Shown one piece after another: positions 20,777 through 30,116 of a DNA stretch of 64,000 nucleotides (the first letter of the stretch is position 1; each line of letters opens with the position of its first letter). The notes beneath the pieces are model-generated. The model was given only the letters and a program-made list of their open reading frames with translations, did no database searches and was not told the origin of the DNA. Location of the stretch: positions 1,888,001 through 1,952,000 of the forward strand of contig OY760183.1 of NCBI GenBank assembly GCA_963663275.1. Direction: 5' to 3'. The stretch is from Chloroflexota bacterium (GTDB lineage Bacteria; Chloroflexota; UBA11872; VXOZ01). The translations under genes were made by a program, and so were the position numbers.

Positions 20777-21289
20777 TCAGGAAGGCGTATCGGCAGGCGG
20801 GTCCGGCGGGAGTTGCCGTTCCTTGACGGTACCGACCTCCAGCACCCCAAAACGCTTGAGCAGCGTAAACTCCAATTCCACGCCGCCGTAGCGCGCCGTA
20901 GTCCAGCGCATGACGTACGTGCCCGGCTCCAGGACGCCTTGCCAGGTGACGAGCGTGGCCTCCTCGCCGGCGGTGAGTTTTTCAAGCGTGTCCTGCGTAA
21001 AGCGCGCCAGCAACTGCTGGCCCTCATTGAAGACTTCGCCGCGGCCGTCCAGGTGCTCGTCCCGGGCAAAGAGCCGGTCGCCGACGTTGCGGGCGACGAT
21101 GGTGATCTCGGTTTGCGCTTGTTCGTCCAGCCGGACGCTGCTGGCAAACGCCAAACGGCGGTCGTCGTCGCCGCCGAGGGTGCAGCCGGCCAGGAGCGCG
21201 CACGCGAGCACGAGGACGCCGAGCAGAACGGCAAGATCCCAGGCGGCGCGCATCCGGCGCGCTATGCGTGAATCTCCGTTGAATTGCAT
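20777..21289 (-). CDS. Hypothetical lipoprotein (Ig/CARDB-like beta domain possible)
   Basis: LLAGC lipobox followed by a beta-rich domain; downstream of the M16 peptidase. Confidence 0.55.
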   Translation of the reverse strand: MQFNGDSRIARRMRAAWDLAVLLGVLVLACALLAGCTLGGDDDRRLAFASSVRLDEQAQTEITIVARNVGDRLFARDEHLDGRGEVFNEGQQLLARFTQDTLEKLTAGEEATLVTWQGVLEPGTYVMRWTTARYGGVELEFTLLKRFGVLEVGTVKERQLPPDPPADTPS

Positions 21290-21321
21290 GGTTCTCGTCT
21301 CGCCAGCCGCCGCCGCGTGCC

Positions 21322-22587
21322 TCACAGCGTCACCAGCGGCAGGAGTTCCTGGCTGCTGTCGCGCGGGCCGATGACGGCCAGCTTGGCCGCGTTGTCGGTG
21401 AAGACGCGCGCGGCGGCGCGCTGGATGTCGTCCGCGGTCACCGCCTCGATGCGGGCCACGGCTTCGTCGGGCGTGATGAGTTTGCCGTGGAGCAACTCGC
21501 GCACGCCGCCCCAGCCGGCCACGCTTTGCGTGCTCTCCATGCGGAGCAGGAGGTGTCCCTTGGTGAACTCCTTGGCCTTGCGCAGTTCCGCCTCCGGCAC
21601 GGGTTCTCTCATGCCGCGAATCTGGTCCATGATGCAGCGCAAGGCGTCCGGGGCGTGGCCGGGATCGACGCCACCGTAGACCGTGAAGATGCCGGTATCC
21701 TGGTGGTAGCCCGCGTACGAGCCGACGCTGTACGCCAGGCCGCGCTTCTCGCGCACCTCCAGGAAGAGGCGCGAACTCATGCCTTCGCCGAGAACCGTGC
21801 TGAGCAGTCCCAGGGCGTAGCGATCCTCATCGAACATCGAGATGCCGGGGAAAGAGAGCAGCAGGCTCATCTGCTCCACCGATTCCCGCCCTTCGCCGAC
21901 CGCGCGCGGCTCGGGAGCGGGGGCTTCCCAGGGCGCGTAATCGGCAGGCGCGCCGTTCGTCCACGCGCCGTAGAGGCGCACCGCGTCGGCGGCCACCTGC
22001 TCGTGGGTGACGTTGCCCGCCACCGCCAGCACCGTGTTTTGCGGGCTGTACATGCGGCCGCGGTAATCGTGGATCATCGCCGGCGTAATGCCCTGCACGG
22101 TCTCCGGACTGCCGCCGATGTCCCGGCCCAGCGGGTGCCCCGGCCAGCAAATCTGGTCGCTGAGGATGCTCACCCAACTGCGCGGGTCGTCGTGGTACAT
22201 GCGCAACTCTTCCAGGATCACGCCTTGCTCGCGCTTCAGTTCATCGCCATCCAGCAGCGGGTTGAGGAAGATGTCGGCCAGCAACTCCATCGACAAGGTG
22301 TAGTGGGACTGGGCCACGCGGCACCAGTAATCCACGATTTCCCTGTCGGTACTGGCGTTCATGGAGCCGCCGACGCCCTCGATGGACTCGCTCACGATCT
22401 GCGCCGTGGGAAAGCGCGCGCTGCCCTTGAAGAGCATGTGCTCGAAGACGTGGGCGATGCCGGCTTCGGCGTCGTGTTCGTAACGCGACCCGGCGCGCAC
22501 GAGCACGATGACCGATACCGAGCGCGTGTGGGGCAGTGTGGACGTGACGACGCGCATGCCGTTCGCCAACGTGGTCTTATCGAACAT
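21322..22587 (-). CDS. M16 family zinc peptidase (pitrilysin/insulinase-like)
   Basis: Inverted zinc motif HVFEHMLFKG, SSRLFLEVREKRGLAYSV. Confidence 0.9.
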   Translation of the reverse strand: MFDKTTLANGMRVVTSTLPHTRSVSVIVLVRAGSRYEHDAEAGIAHVFEHMLFKGSARFPTAQIVSESIEGVGGSMNASTDREIVDYWCRVAQSHYTLSMELLADIFLNPLLDGDELKREQGVILEELRMYHDDPRSWVSILSDQICWPGHPLGRDIGGSPETVQGITPAMIHDYRGRMYSPQNTVLAVAGNVTHEQVAADAVRLYGAWTNGAPADYAPWEAPAPEPRAVGEGRESVEQMSLLLSFPGISMFDEDRYALGLLSTVLGEGMSSRLFLEVREKRGLAYSVGSYAGYHQDTGIFTVYGGVDPGHAPDALRCIMDQIRGMREPVPEAELRKAKEFTKGHLLLRMESTQSVAGWGGVRELLHGKLITPDEAVARIEAVTADDIQRAAARVFTDNAAKLAVIGPRDSSQELLPLVTL

Positions 22588-22943
22588 AGATTGAATGTCC
22601 TTGGGTACTTCGACTTTACTGCAAGAGAGCACGTACGGGATTCGCGCCCGCGGGCGGCACTCTTACGTAGTCCCATTGTACTCTACACCGCGCTCTTGAA
22701 TGCGCTGCCCGCGGCCCTGCGCGCGCAAGGCTGCATGAATAGGCGTAAAACACCCTTTGCGCCGCTATTTCAACCATGCTACCGTAGGAGAGAGGACGCT
22801 ACTGCAAGAAATGAAGTGACGCGGCCGCGATTCGGCGGGTAGCGCGGCAGGGTACGCGCCGCGTGACTTTTCTGCTCGAGAGACTTTTCCCTGCTGAACG
22901 TGGAGTTGTAGCCAATACTGCGCCGCTAGAGAGGTGATACGGC

Positions 22944-24017
22944 ATGGCAACGAATGGAACCCCCCGAACCGAGGACTTGGTAGACGCGCTGCGCGTGGTG
23001 CAGGACCCCGACCTGCACAAGGACATCGTCACCCTGAACATGGTGCGGGAGATGACGTTCGACAAAGGCACGGCGGCGTTTCAACTGGTGCTGACCACGC
23101 CCGCCTGCCCGATGAAAGAGCACCTGGAGAACGAGTGCCGCAAGGCGCTGCTGGGCGTGCCCGGCGTGCAGGCGGTGGAAATCGACACCCGCTCGGAAGT
23201 GGCCAAGCGCATGGCGCCCGAGGCGGATGATGTCCTGACCGGCGTGAAGAACGTGCTCTTCGTGGCCAGCGGCAAGGGCGGCGTGGGCAAGTCCACCACC
23301 GCCGTTAATCTGGCTATTGCCTTGGCCCAGTCCGGCGCGGCGGTGGGGTTGCTCGACGCCGACGTGTACGGCCCGAACGTCCCCATGATGATGGGGTCGC
23401 ACGCGCAACTGCGCGGCGCGGGCAACAAGGTGATTCCCGCCGAGGCGTACGGCATTACGCTCATGTCCGCCGGCTTCGTCATCAAGCCGGAACAGGCCAT
23501 CATCTGGCGCGGTCCGATCGTGCACCGCTTGCTTACGCAGTTTCTCGGCGACGTGCATTGGGGCGAGCGCGACTACCTGGTGGTGGACCTGCCGCCCGGC
23601 ACCGGCGACGCGCCGCTGAGCCTGGCGCAGTCCATCCCCGGCGCGGGCGCGGTGATCGTCTGCACCCCGCAGGACGTGGCGCTGTCCGATGCCCGCAAAG
23701 CCATCGGCATGTTCCAGCAACTGCGCGTGCCGATTCTGGGCATCGTGGAGAACATGAGCTATTTCCTCTGCCCCCACTGCGACGAGCGCACGGAAATCTT
23801 CAGCCACGGCGGCGCGCGCCAGGCGGCTGAAGCCATGGGCGTGCCTTTCCTGGGCGAGGTGCCCCTGAACGTGGCCATCCGCGAGGGCGGCGACAGCGGC
23901 AAACCCGTCGCCGCCACCGAACCGGACTCCCACCTGGCCGCCATCTACCGCGAAGTTGCCGGGGCGGTGGCGCAACAGATCAGCATCGCCGGCCAAGAGG
24001 CGGTGGTGATCAACTGA
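22944..24017 (+). CDS. mrp: Mrp/NBP35 (ApbC) Fe-S cluster carrier ATPase
   Basis: N-terminal DUF59 (TTPACP), GKGGVGKST, DLPPGTGD, ENMSYFLCPHC. Confidence 0.92.
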   Translation: MATNGTPRTEDLVDALRVVQDPDLHKDIVTLNMVREMTFDKGTAAFQLVLTTPACPMKEHLENECRKALLGVPGVQAVEIDTRSEVAKRMAPEADDVLTGVKNVLFVASGKGGVGKSTTAVNLAIALAQSGAAVGLLDADVYGPNVPMMMGSHAQLRGAGNKVIPAEAYGITLMSAGFVIKPEQAIIWRGPIVHRLLTQFLGDVHWGERDYLVVDLPPGTGDAPLSLAQSIPGAGAVIVCTPQDVALSDARKAIGMFQQLRVPILGIVENMSYFLCPHCDERTEIFSHGGARQAAEAMGVPFLGEVPLNVAIREGGDSGKPVAATEPDSHLAAIYREVAGAVAQQISIAGQEAVVIN

Positions 24018-24079
24018 GGCACTGAACCGGCGGTATTCAAACAGAACACAAGGGTGAATGGACTGTTGGAGATTGGCAG

Positions 24080-25174
24080 ATGGCGATAGCAGTCGCAGAC
24101 ACGGGTGCTGAAACCGAAGTTGAGGACATCCTCGGCTCTGAGGAAGAGATTCCTTTCACGTACTCGATTACAAGCTATGGCGCCGACTTTACCCTCGATG
24201 GCTTGGTGCGGCGAATCCAGGATGGTGACATCATAGTGCCATCCTTCCAGCGCGGGTACGTTTGGAATCAGAAGCAGGCATCCCTTCTCATCGAGTCCTT
24301 CCTGATTGGTCTGCCCGTGCCGGGCATCTTTCTTTCTCAGGAAGAAGATCAGACCTTGCTAGTGATTGACGGGCAGCAAAGGTTACGCACGCTTCAATAC
24401 TTCTACGAGGGTGCATTCGGCCCGGAGAGTCCCCGCTTCTCTGATAAGGAGTTCTCGCTAAGTGACGTTAGTGAAGCATTCCAGGGCAAGACGTACACGA
24501 CGCTCTCTCCCCAATATCGACGGCTACTTGACAATTCTCTACTGCACGCGACGATTGTCAAGCAAATTGAGCCAGAAGATGACAATAGCAGTGTCTATCT
24601 TCTCTTCGAGCGTCTGAATACGCAGGGAGTTCAACTCCAGCCACAGGAGATTCGCAACTCCATCTATCGCGGATCACTCAACGAGGCGCTCAAGGACTTG
24701 AACGACAATCAACCGTGGCGCCATATCTTTGGCAATGTGCACTCTCGCGCTAAAGATCAAGAACTCATCCTGCGGTTTCTTGCCCTTTACTTTTACGGAG
24801 AAAACTATTCGCGACCAATGAAGGGCTTTCTGAATGTCTACATGGACAAGAACCGGGACTTGGAATTGAACACGCGAGAAGAGATGACTCGGGCATTCGC
24901 GCCTACAATTGAGCTTATCGACAATGTGTTGGGCAGAAAGGCGTTCCGCCCCACGGCAACTTTGAACGCAGCCGTTTTCGATGCAGTTATGGTTGCTACC
25001 GCCAGGAGACTCGAACGAGGCGCTATTGCCAATTCAGCAGAGTTCGAGCAAGAGTACGATGGGCTTCTACGTAACGAGGAGTTTATCTCATTTACAAGAA
25101 GCGGTACAACGGACGTGGCGCGTGTCCGGCGAAGACTTGACTTAGCCACCACAACACTTGCTGACGTGGAGTGA
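24080..25174 (+). CDS. DUF262 (ParB-like/GmrS) domain protein
   Basis: PSFQRGYVW, VIDGQQRL, FERLN..G..L..QEIRN signature motifs; less GC-rich. Confidence 0.88.
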   Translation: MAIAVADTGAETEVEDILGSEEEIPFTYSITSYGADFTLDGLVRRIQDGDIIVPSFQRGYVWNQKQASLLIESFLIGLPVPGIFLSQEEDQTLLVIDGQQRLRTLQYFYEGAFGPESPRFSDKEFSLSDVSEAFQGKTYTTLSPQYRRLLDNSLLHATIVKQIEPEDDNSSVYLLFERLNTQGVQLQPQEIRNSIYRGSLNEALKDLNDNQPWRHIFGNVHSRAKDQELILRFLALYFYGENYSRPMKGFLNVYMDKNRDLELNTREEMTRAFAPTIELIDNVLGRKAFRPTATLNAAVFDAVMVATARRLERGAIANSAEFEQEYDGLLRNEEFISFTRSGTTDVARVRRRLDLATTTLADVE

Positions 25175-25635
25175 TGCGAGAACGACAAGCGTACCGAGAC
25201 CGGCTGGACACTCTCTTCAGGCAGATTTCAGACACTTCGGACAACCCTTTTCTTCACTCACACCTTGTCCAGTTTGCCTGCGTGTTAGTTTGCGGATATG
25301 TTGAGGTATCGTTGCGCGACATCTTGCAAGAGTACACGCGAACGAGAGCCTCGGCTGAGGTCAGCAACTATGTAAGCAGACGTCTAGACCGGTTTCAGAA
25401 TCCCAGAATGGGAGCCGTTATCGAGTTGGTAGAAGCCTTTAGCAGGGATTGGGCCGACATTTTGAGAGCCAAGACGAGAGACAGTCTCAAGGATCACATT
25501 GATTCGCTCGTGGCCAATAGAAATCAAATCGCACATGGTAGAGATGTGGGACTTAGCCTCGTCCGACTGGAAGAGTATTACCAAAGCGCGAAGAGAGTAA
25601 TCGAACTCGTAGAAGAACAGTGCAACACTGGCTAA
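25171..25635 (+). CDS. HEPN-domain protein (MAE_28990/RiboL-PSP-HEPN-like)
   Basis: Helical 154 aa with RNQIAHG (Rx4H) and upstream GYVE; overlaps DUF262 stop. Confidence 0.78.
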   Translation: MMRERQAYRDRLDTLFRQISDTSDNPFLHSHLVQFACVLVCGYVEVSLRDILQEYTRTRASAEVSNYVSRRLDRFQNPRMGAVIELVEAFSRDWADILRAKTRDSLKDHIDSLVANRNQIAHGRDVGLSLVRLEEYYQSAKRVIELVEEQCNTG

Positions 25636-25721
25636 CCCCTGTGTGATCACTCGTGCCAAAAGCGGTGCGGTTCTCTTCCGTTAGGGGCGCAAATAGTCGG
25701 ATTCCACGTTTATTCATGTAC

Positions 25722-25750
25722 TTGACGCTCACATAAGGCGCGGATAAGAT
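25722..25750 (+). promoter_or_regulatory. Sigma70-type promoter of tRNA-Gln/glmU
   Basis: TTGACG-17 nt-TAAGAT, 9 nt upstream of the tRNA. Confidence 0.7.
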
Positions 25751-25759
25751 TGAATCTGG

Positions 25760-25831
25760 TGGGGCGTCGCCAAGCGGTAAGGCACGGGCCTTTGGAGCCC
25801 GCATACGTAGGTTCGAATCCTACCGCCCCAG
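25760..25831 (+). tRNA. tRNA-Gln (TTG)
   Basis: Cloverleaf TGGGGCG/CGCCCCA, anticodon arm CGGGC-CTTTGGA-GCCCG, GTTCGAATC T-arm; typical position before glmU. Confidence 0.95.
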
Positions 25832-25939
25832 CCGCGCGTTTGCGAGCGGCGCAGAAGGAGGCAGGGTGTTGGCAGCGGCGCAATGCGACGGAGAGCCGGC
25901 GCGTGACCTTGGCGCGCGGCCCGCGCTGCCGGGCAACCC

Positions 25940-27343
25940 ATGACAGAGAGCGACTCGGAACTTCCGCACCAACCCACTGCCGCCATAATCCTGGCTACCG
26001 GCCGGGCAGAGCGGATGCGGTCGCGGCGCGCTGCGGTGATGCACCCGCTGGCGGGCCGCCCCGTGGCCGCCTATGCCGCGCGCGCGGCGCGCAAGGCCGG
26101 TTGCGCGCCGCTGGTGGCGGCCTGCGCCCCTGAGACCGCGCAGTTGCGGGATTGCTTTGGTTCCGCCGTTGTCTGCGCGCCCCAGTCGGACGTTAGCCCG
26201 CTGCAAGCCGCCGTCGCTGCCATTCCGGAGTCCGCGCGCTCGGTGCTGGTCGTCTCCGGCGCAATGCCGCTCCTCTCAGCCGAGACGCTCTCTCGCCTTA
26301 TCCGATGCCAGCAAGAGACGTCCGCCCCGCTGGCGCTGCTCGCCGCCCATCGCCCAGGCGCCGCGCACGGCGGCATCGAGCGCGACTCCACCGGTCGCGG
26401 CGCGCGCATCCTGCATGAGCATGAGGCGGATGCGGCGGGTTCATCGGTGGAAGCCGTTAGCCTCGGCGTGGCGTGCTTTGCGCGCGCGTGGCTCTGGGAA
26501 CACCGCGACGCTCTCCAGGCTGACGATGCAGACTGGCTTGCTTCACTTGCCGCGCTGGCGCTCGCCGAAGGGGCGCCGCTCGAGACGGCGCGCCACGCGG
26601 GCGGAGATATAGAACTCCTGCAAATCGACGACCGCGCAGACCTGGCTTGCGCGGAGAACGCCCTGCGCGAACGGATACGCGCGCGGGCGCTGCGGCGCGG
26701 CGTGACCTTAGCCGATCCGGCGACCGTTTGGATAGACGACACGGTAACGTTCGGGCAGGACGTAACGCTGCTGCCCAACTGCCACCTCTACGGTGACACC
26801 GCGGTGGGCGACAACTGTACGATAGGTCCCGGCACACGGTTGCAGGATACGCGGCTTGCGGCTAACGTTACGGTCATGGAGTCCGTGCTGGAAGGCGCGG
26901 CGGTTGGAGAGAACGCGCGCATCGGGCCGTTTGCCCACTTGCGGGCGGGCACTGTGATTGAGCGCAACGTGGAAATTGGCAACTACGCCGAACTCAAGAA
27001 CACCCGCGTGCGCGCCGGCGCCAAGATACACCACGTTGGCTATCTCGGCGATACCGTGATTGGCAGCGGCGCGAACGTGGGCGCGGGCACGATTACGTGC
27101 AATTACGACGGCGTGGAGAAGCATGAGACCGAAATCGGCGAGGGCGCTTTCATTGGCAGCGGCACGTTGCTCGTAGCGCCGGTGCGCGTCGGAGAGAAGG
27201 CGCTCACGGGCGCGGGTTCTGTGGTCACGCGGGACGTGCCGGCGCGGGCAAAGGCCTACGGTGTGCCGGCGCGGGTGCGCGGCAAACGGGCGCCGGCCCC
27301 AGACGCGGAGCAGGAACAGGCGCGTGAAGAGAAGGGCGTGTGA
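25940..27343 (+). CDS. glmU: GlmU homologue; acetyltransferase (LbH) domain intact, uridylyltransferase domain degenerate
   Basis: C-half IGPFAHLR, GNYAELKN, HVGYLGD, ITCNYDG..KH.T; N-half aligns to GlmU but with altered motifs. Confidence 0.85.
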   Translation: MTESDSELPHQPTAAIILATGRAERMRSRRAAVMHPLAGRPVAAYAARAARKAGCAPLVAACAPETAQLRDCFGSAVVCAPQSDVSPLQAAVAAIPESARSVLVVSGAMPLLSAETLSRLIRCQQETSAPLALLAAHRPGAAHGGIERDSTGRGARILHEHEADAAGSSVEAVSLGVACFARAWLWEHRDALQADDADWLASLAALALAEGAPLETARHAGGDIELLQIDDRADLACAENALRERIRARALRRGVTLADPATVWIDDTVTFGQDVTLLPNCHLYGDTAVGDNCTIGPGTRLQDTRLAANVTVMESVLEGAAVGENARIGPFAHLRAGTVIERNVEIGNYAELKNTRVRAGAKIHHVGYLGDTVIGSGANVGAGTITCNYDGVEKHETEIGEGAFIGSGTLLVAPVRVGEKALTGAGSVVTRDVPARAKAYGVPARVRGKRAPAPDAEQEQAREEKGV

Positions 27344-27434
27344 ATTGCGGGAAGGGGCATGATTTGGGTGTGAGGGTGTATGATTACGGTGGCGGGGCGG
27401 CAGGAAGGGCGTGCTGTAGCAAGGAGCAAATGAT

Positions 27435-28748
27435 TTGGATCCGTCAAGTTGGGGTCAGATTCTCGGCATTCTCATCCTAACGCTCCTCAACGGGTTCTTT
27501 GCAGCGACAGAAACCTCGGTTATTTCCGTGAGCCGCGCGCGCATCCAGCAACTGGCGGATGACGGCGCTGCCAACGCGCGTATCGTCCATGGCTTTCACC
27601 AGAACATCGACCGCTTCCTGACGACGATCCAGATCGCGATCACCACGGTCGGATTCCTCGCCTCCGCCATCGGCGCGGTGAGTTTTGCCGACGATCTGAG
27701 TCCTTTTGTCGGCAACGAGGTGATCGCCGTCATTATCATTACCTTGTCCATCGCCTTCGTCAGCATCGTCCTGGGCGAAATCGTGCCCAAGACCATGGCG
27801 ATTACTCACGCCGAACGCTTTTCCCTGCTCACGGCACGGGTGATTCTGGTCATCCAGTCGGCTTTCTACCCGCTCGTTTGGCTGATTTCGCGCTCCAGCA
27901 ATCTCATCACGCACCGCTTTGGGCAGGAGGCGCTGACCACGGTCCCCACGGTGACCGAGGAAGAGATCAAGATGATGGTGGATACCGGCGGCAAAGAAGG
28001 CGTGATCGAAGAAGGCGAACGCGAGATGATCCACGGCGTGTTCGAGTTGGGCGAGTTGACCGTGGGCGACATCATGTCTCCCCGTGTGGACATCGTCACC
28101 CTGGAGAGTGACAACACGCTGGTTGACGCTATCCGCGCGTCCGCCGACCACGGCTATTCCCGTATTCCGGTCTATGAAGAGACGATTGACAACATAAAGG
28201 GCGTTGTCTACGTTAAGGACATTCTGCCCTACGTGGCGGCGGACACGCTCGATACGCTCGTGCGCGACGTGATGCGCGAACCCTACTTCGTGCCGGAGTC
28301 GAAGAAGCTGAGCGACTTTCTCCAGGAGATGCAGCAGCGGCGGGTCCACGTGGCCATCTGCGTGGACGAATTCGGCGGCGTGGCCGGCCTGGTGACGATC
28401 GAGGACGTGCTGGAGGAGATTGTGGGCGAAATCCAGGACGAGCACGACGCGGAAGAGCCGCAGGTGGAAATGGTGAATGAACTCGAGGCCGTGGTGGACC
28501 CGGCAATAAGCATGCACGACCTGAACGACGTGCTGGGCATCAGCCTGGAGAATGAGGAGGTGGATACGCTGGGCGGCGTGATCTACGCGCAACTCGGCCG
28601 CATGGCGGATGAAGGCGATGAGTTGCAGATCGACGGCATTACCGTCTCGGTGCTGTCGGTCGAGGGCACGCGCATCCGGAAGGCCCTGGTGCGTAAGGAG
28701 CCGCGGGCGGAACCTTCCGATTCGGGCGAAGAAGGCGGCAGTGGCTAG
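27435..28748 (+). CDS. CNNM/HlyC-CorC family transporter (DUF21 + CBS pair + CorC domain)
   Basis: NGFFAATE, LGEIVPK, YSRIPVY, VDEFGGVAGLVTIEDVLEEIVGEIQDEHD. Confidence 0.9.
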   Translation: MDPSSWGQILGILILTLLNGFFAATETSVISVSRARIQQLADDGAANARIVHGFHQNIDRFLTTIQIAITTVGFLASAIGAVSFADDLSPFVGNEVIAVIIITLSIAFVSIVLGEIVPKTMAITHAERFSLLTARVILVIQSAFYPLVWLISRSSNLITHRFGQEALTTVPTVTEEEIKMMVDTGGKEGVIEEGEREMIHGVFELGELTVGDIMSPRVDIVTLESDNTLVDAIRASADHGYSRIPVYEETIDNIKGVVYVKDILPYVAADTLDTLVRDVMREPYFVPESKKLSDFLQEMQQRRVHVAICVDEFGGVAGLVTIEDVLEEIVGEIQDEHDAEEPQVEMVNELEAVVDPAISMHDLNDVLGISLENEEVDTLGGVIYAQLGRMADEGDELQIDGITVSVLSVEGTRIRKALVRKEPRAEPSDSGEEGGSG

Positions 28749-29023
28749 CCGCTTGCGGCGGTGGCGCCCGCATGGCGCGTATCAGGTGAGCGAAGCGGCG
28801 AGGCTGTGAGTGAGAAGACTCGCAGCCTTCCGTCATTCACGCGGCGGGCCGGGAACGAGATTTTCTTGCGGCGTGAGAAGGGGGCTTGCCGCTCGTTGGG
28901 GTTGTGTTGCACTGTGTTCACCTTGTTACGCGTTTTGCCCAAGGTGGCGAGTGCGATTCTTGGCAAGAAGCAAGGGACAAGCCCCTGCGTTTGGCAACAG
29001 GCGGGGGGGATCGGCCCCGTTTC

Positions 29024-29242
29024 TGTCCCGATAACGTAGCGCGGGGGCTTGTCCCCCGCCGGCGCAAGAAAAGTGAAAACGGAACAGTTGCCTCTACGGG
29101 AGACGCAGGTTATGCGCACGTCTCGTGCGAACCTGCGTTACCGGAGGAGCGAGCACAGACTTCATTCTCATCGCCTGTAGTGCGACAACAGGGGATAAGC
29201 CCCCGGGCTTGGCAAGAGGCGGGGGACAAGCCCCCGCGCTAC
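29024..29242 (+). mobile_element. Composite MITE/REPIN-like element, copy 2, with flanking REP copies (BIME-like cluster)
   Basis: Same REP plus 34-nt hairpin as 20535 and 40531; extra GGGGA(C/T)AAGCCCC copies near 28973, 29191 and 29221. Confidence 0.7.
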
Positions 29243-29340
29243 GGTGAGGCAGGGTAAATCCGGTTCCACCGCCGCGTGAATGAAAGGCAATTTCACGTGC
29301 CGGGCAAGAACGCGGTACGCCGCTAGTCTCTGGCGAACCG

Positions 29341-30105
29341 ATGGCAAAAGAACGAACCTACATTGCGGAAGCGATCGTGCTGCGCCGATCGGACTTTCAG
29401 GAAGCCGATCGGCGCTTGACGCTGCTGACGCCCGACCGGGGCCGCCTGAACGTGGTGGCAAAGGGCGTGCGGCGGCCCACCAGCCGCATGGCGGGGCACC
29501 TGGAACTCTTCACGCTGGCCAAGGTGTTCGTGGTGCGCCGCCGCAGCCTGGACCTGGTGGTGCAGGCGGAAACCGTGCAGACCTTCCCGCAACTGCGCAC
29601 CGATCTCAACCGCTTGCCGTACGCCTACCAGGCCGTGGAGACCGCCCATGTTCTGGTCGAGGAAGAGGTGGAGGCGCACGCGGAGTTCATCTTGCTTTTC
29701 AAGGCGTTGGCGGCGCTCGCCGCGACCGCCGCCTTGCCGCTGGTCTTGGTAGCCTATAAACTACAGCTATTGGCACTGCTGGGGTATCAGACTCAACTCC
29801 ACGAGTGCGCGCGCTGCGGCGGCCCGCTCTCTGTAGAAGACAATAGGATGCGCCCGGACAGCGGCGGCGTAGTCTGCGCCCCCTGCGGGGGAGTTTCGGG
29901 ACAGCCGGTTGAGGTTCGTGCGATCAAGTGCCTGCGCTGGCTGGCGCGCGAGCCGCTGCAAAGCGTCGAACGCCTGCAAGCCGACCCGGCCACCACCGTC
30001 CAACTGGAACAGGCCGCGGACGCCTTTGTGCGCTACGTGGCCGAACAGGACTTGAAGACAACACCCTTCTTGAATCGTATGCGCGCGTTGAAGACACAGT
30101 CGTAA
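29341..30105 (+). CDS. recO: DNA repair protein RecO
   Basis: EAIVLRRSDFQEADR..TLLT...G...VVAKGVRR, CxxC...CxxC zinc motif. Confidence 0.92.
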   Translation: MAKERTYIAEAIVLRRSDFQEADRRLTLLTPDRGRLNVVAKGVRRPTSRMAGHLELFTLAKVFVVRRRSLDLVVQAETVQTFPQLRTDLNRLPYAYQAVETAHVLVEEEVEAHAEFILLFKALAALAATAALPLVLVAYKLQLLALLGYQTQLHECARCGGPLSVEDNRMRPDSGGVVCAPCGGVSGQPVEVRAIKCLRWLAREPLQSVERLQADPATTVQLEQAADAFVRYVAEQDLKTTPFLNRMRALKTQS

Positions 30106-30116
30106 AGGGATTTGCG

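Noticed and set aside
24018-25831. tRNA-targeted integrative island carrying DUF262-HEPN
   Set aside because: The genes lie 5' of the tRNA; no integrase and no duplicated tRNA 3' end (att site) seen.
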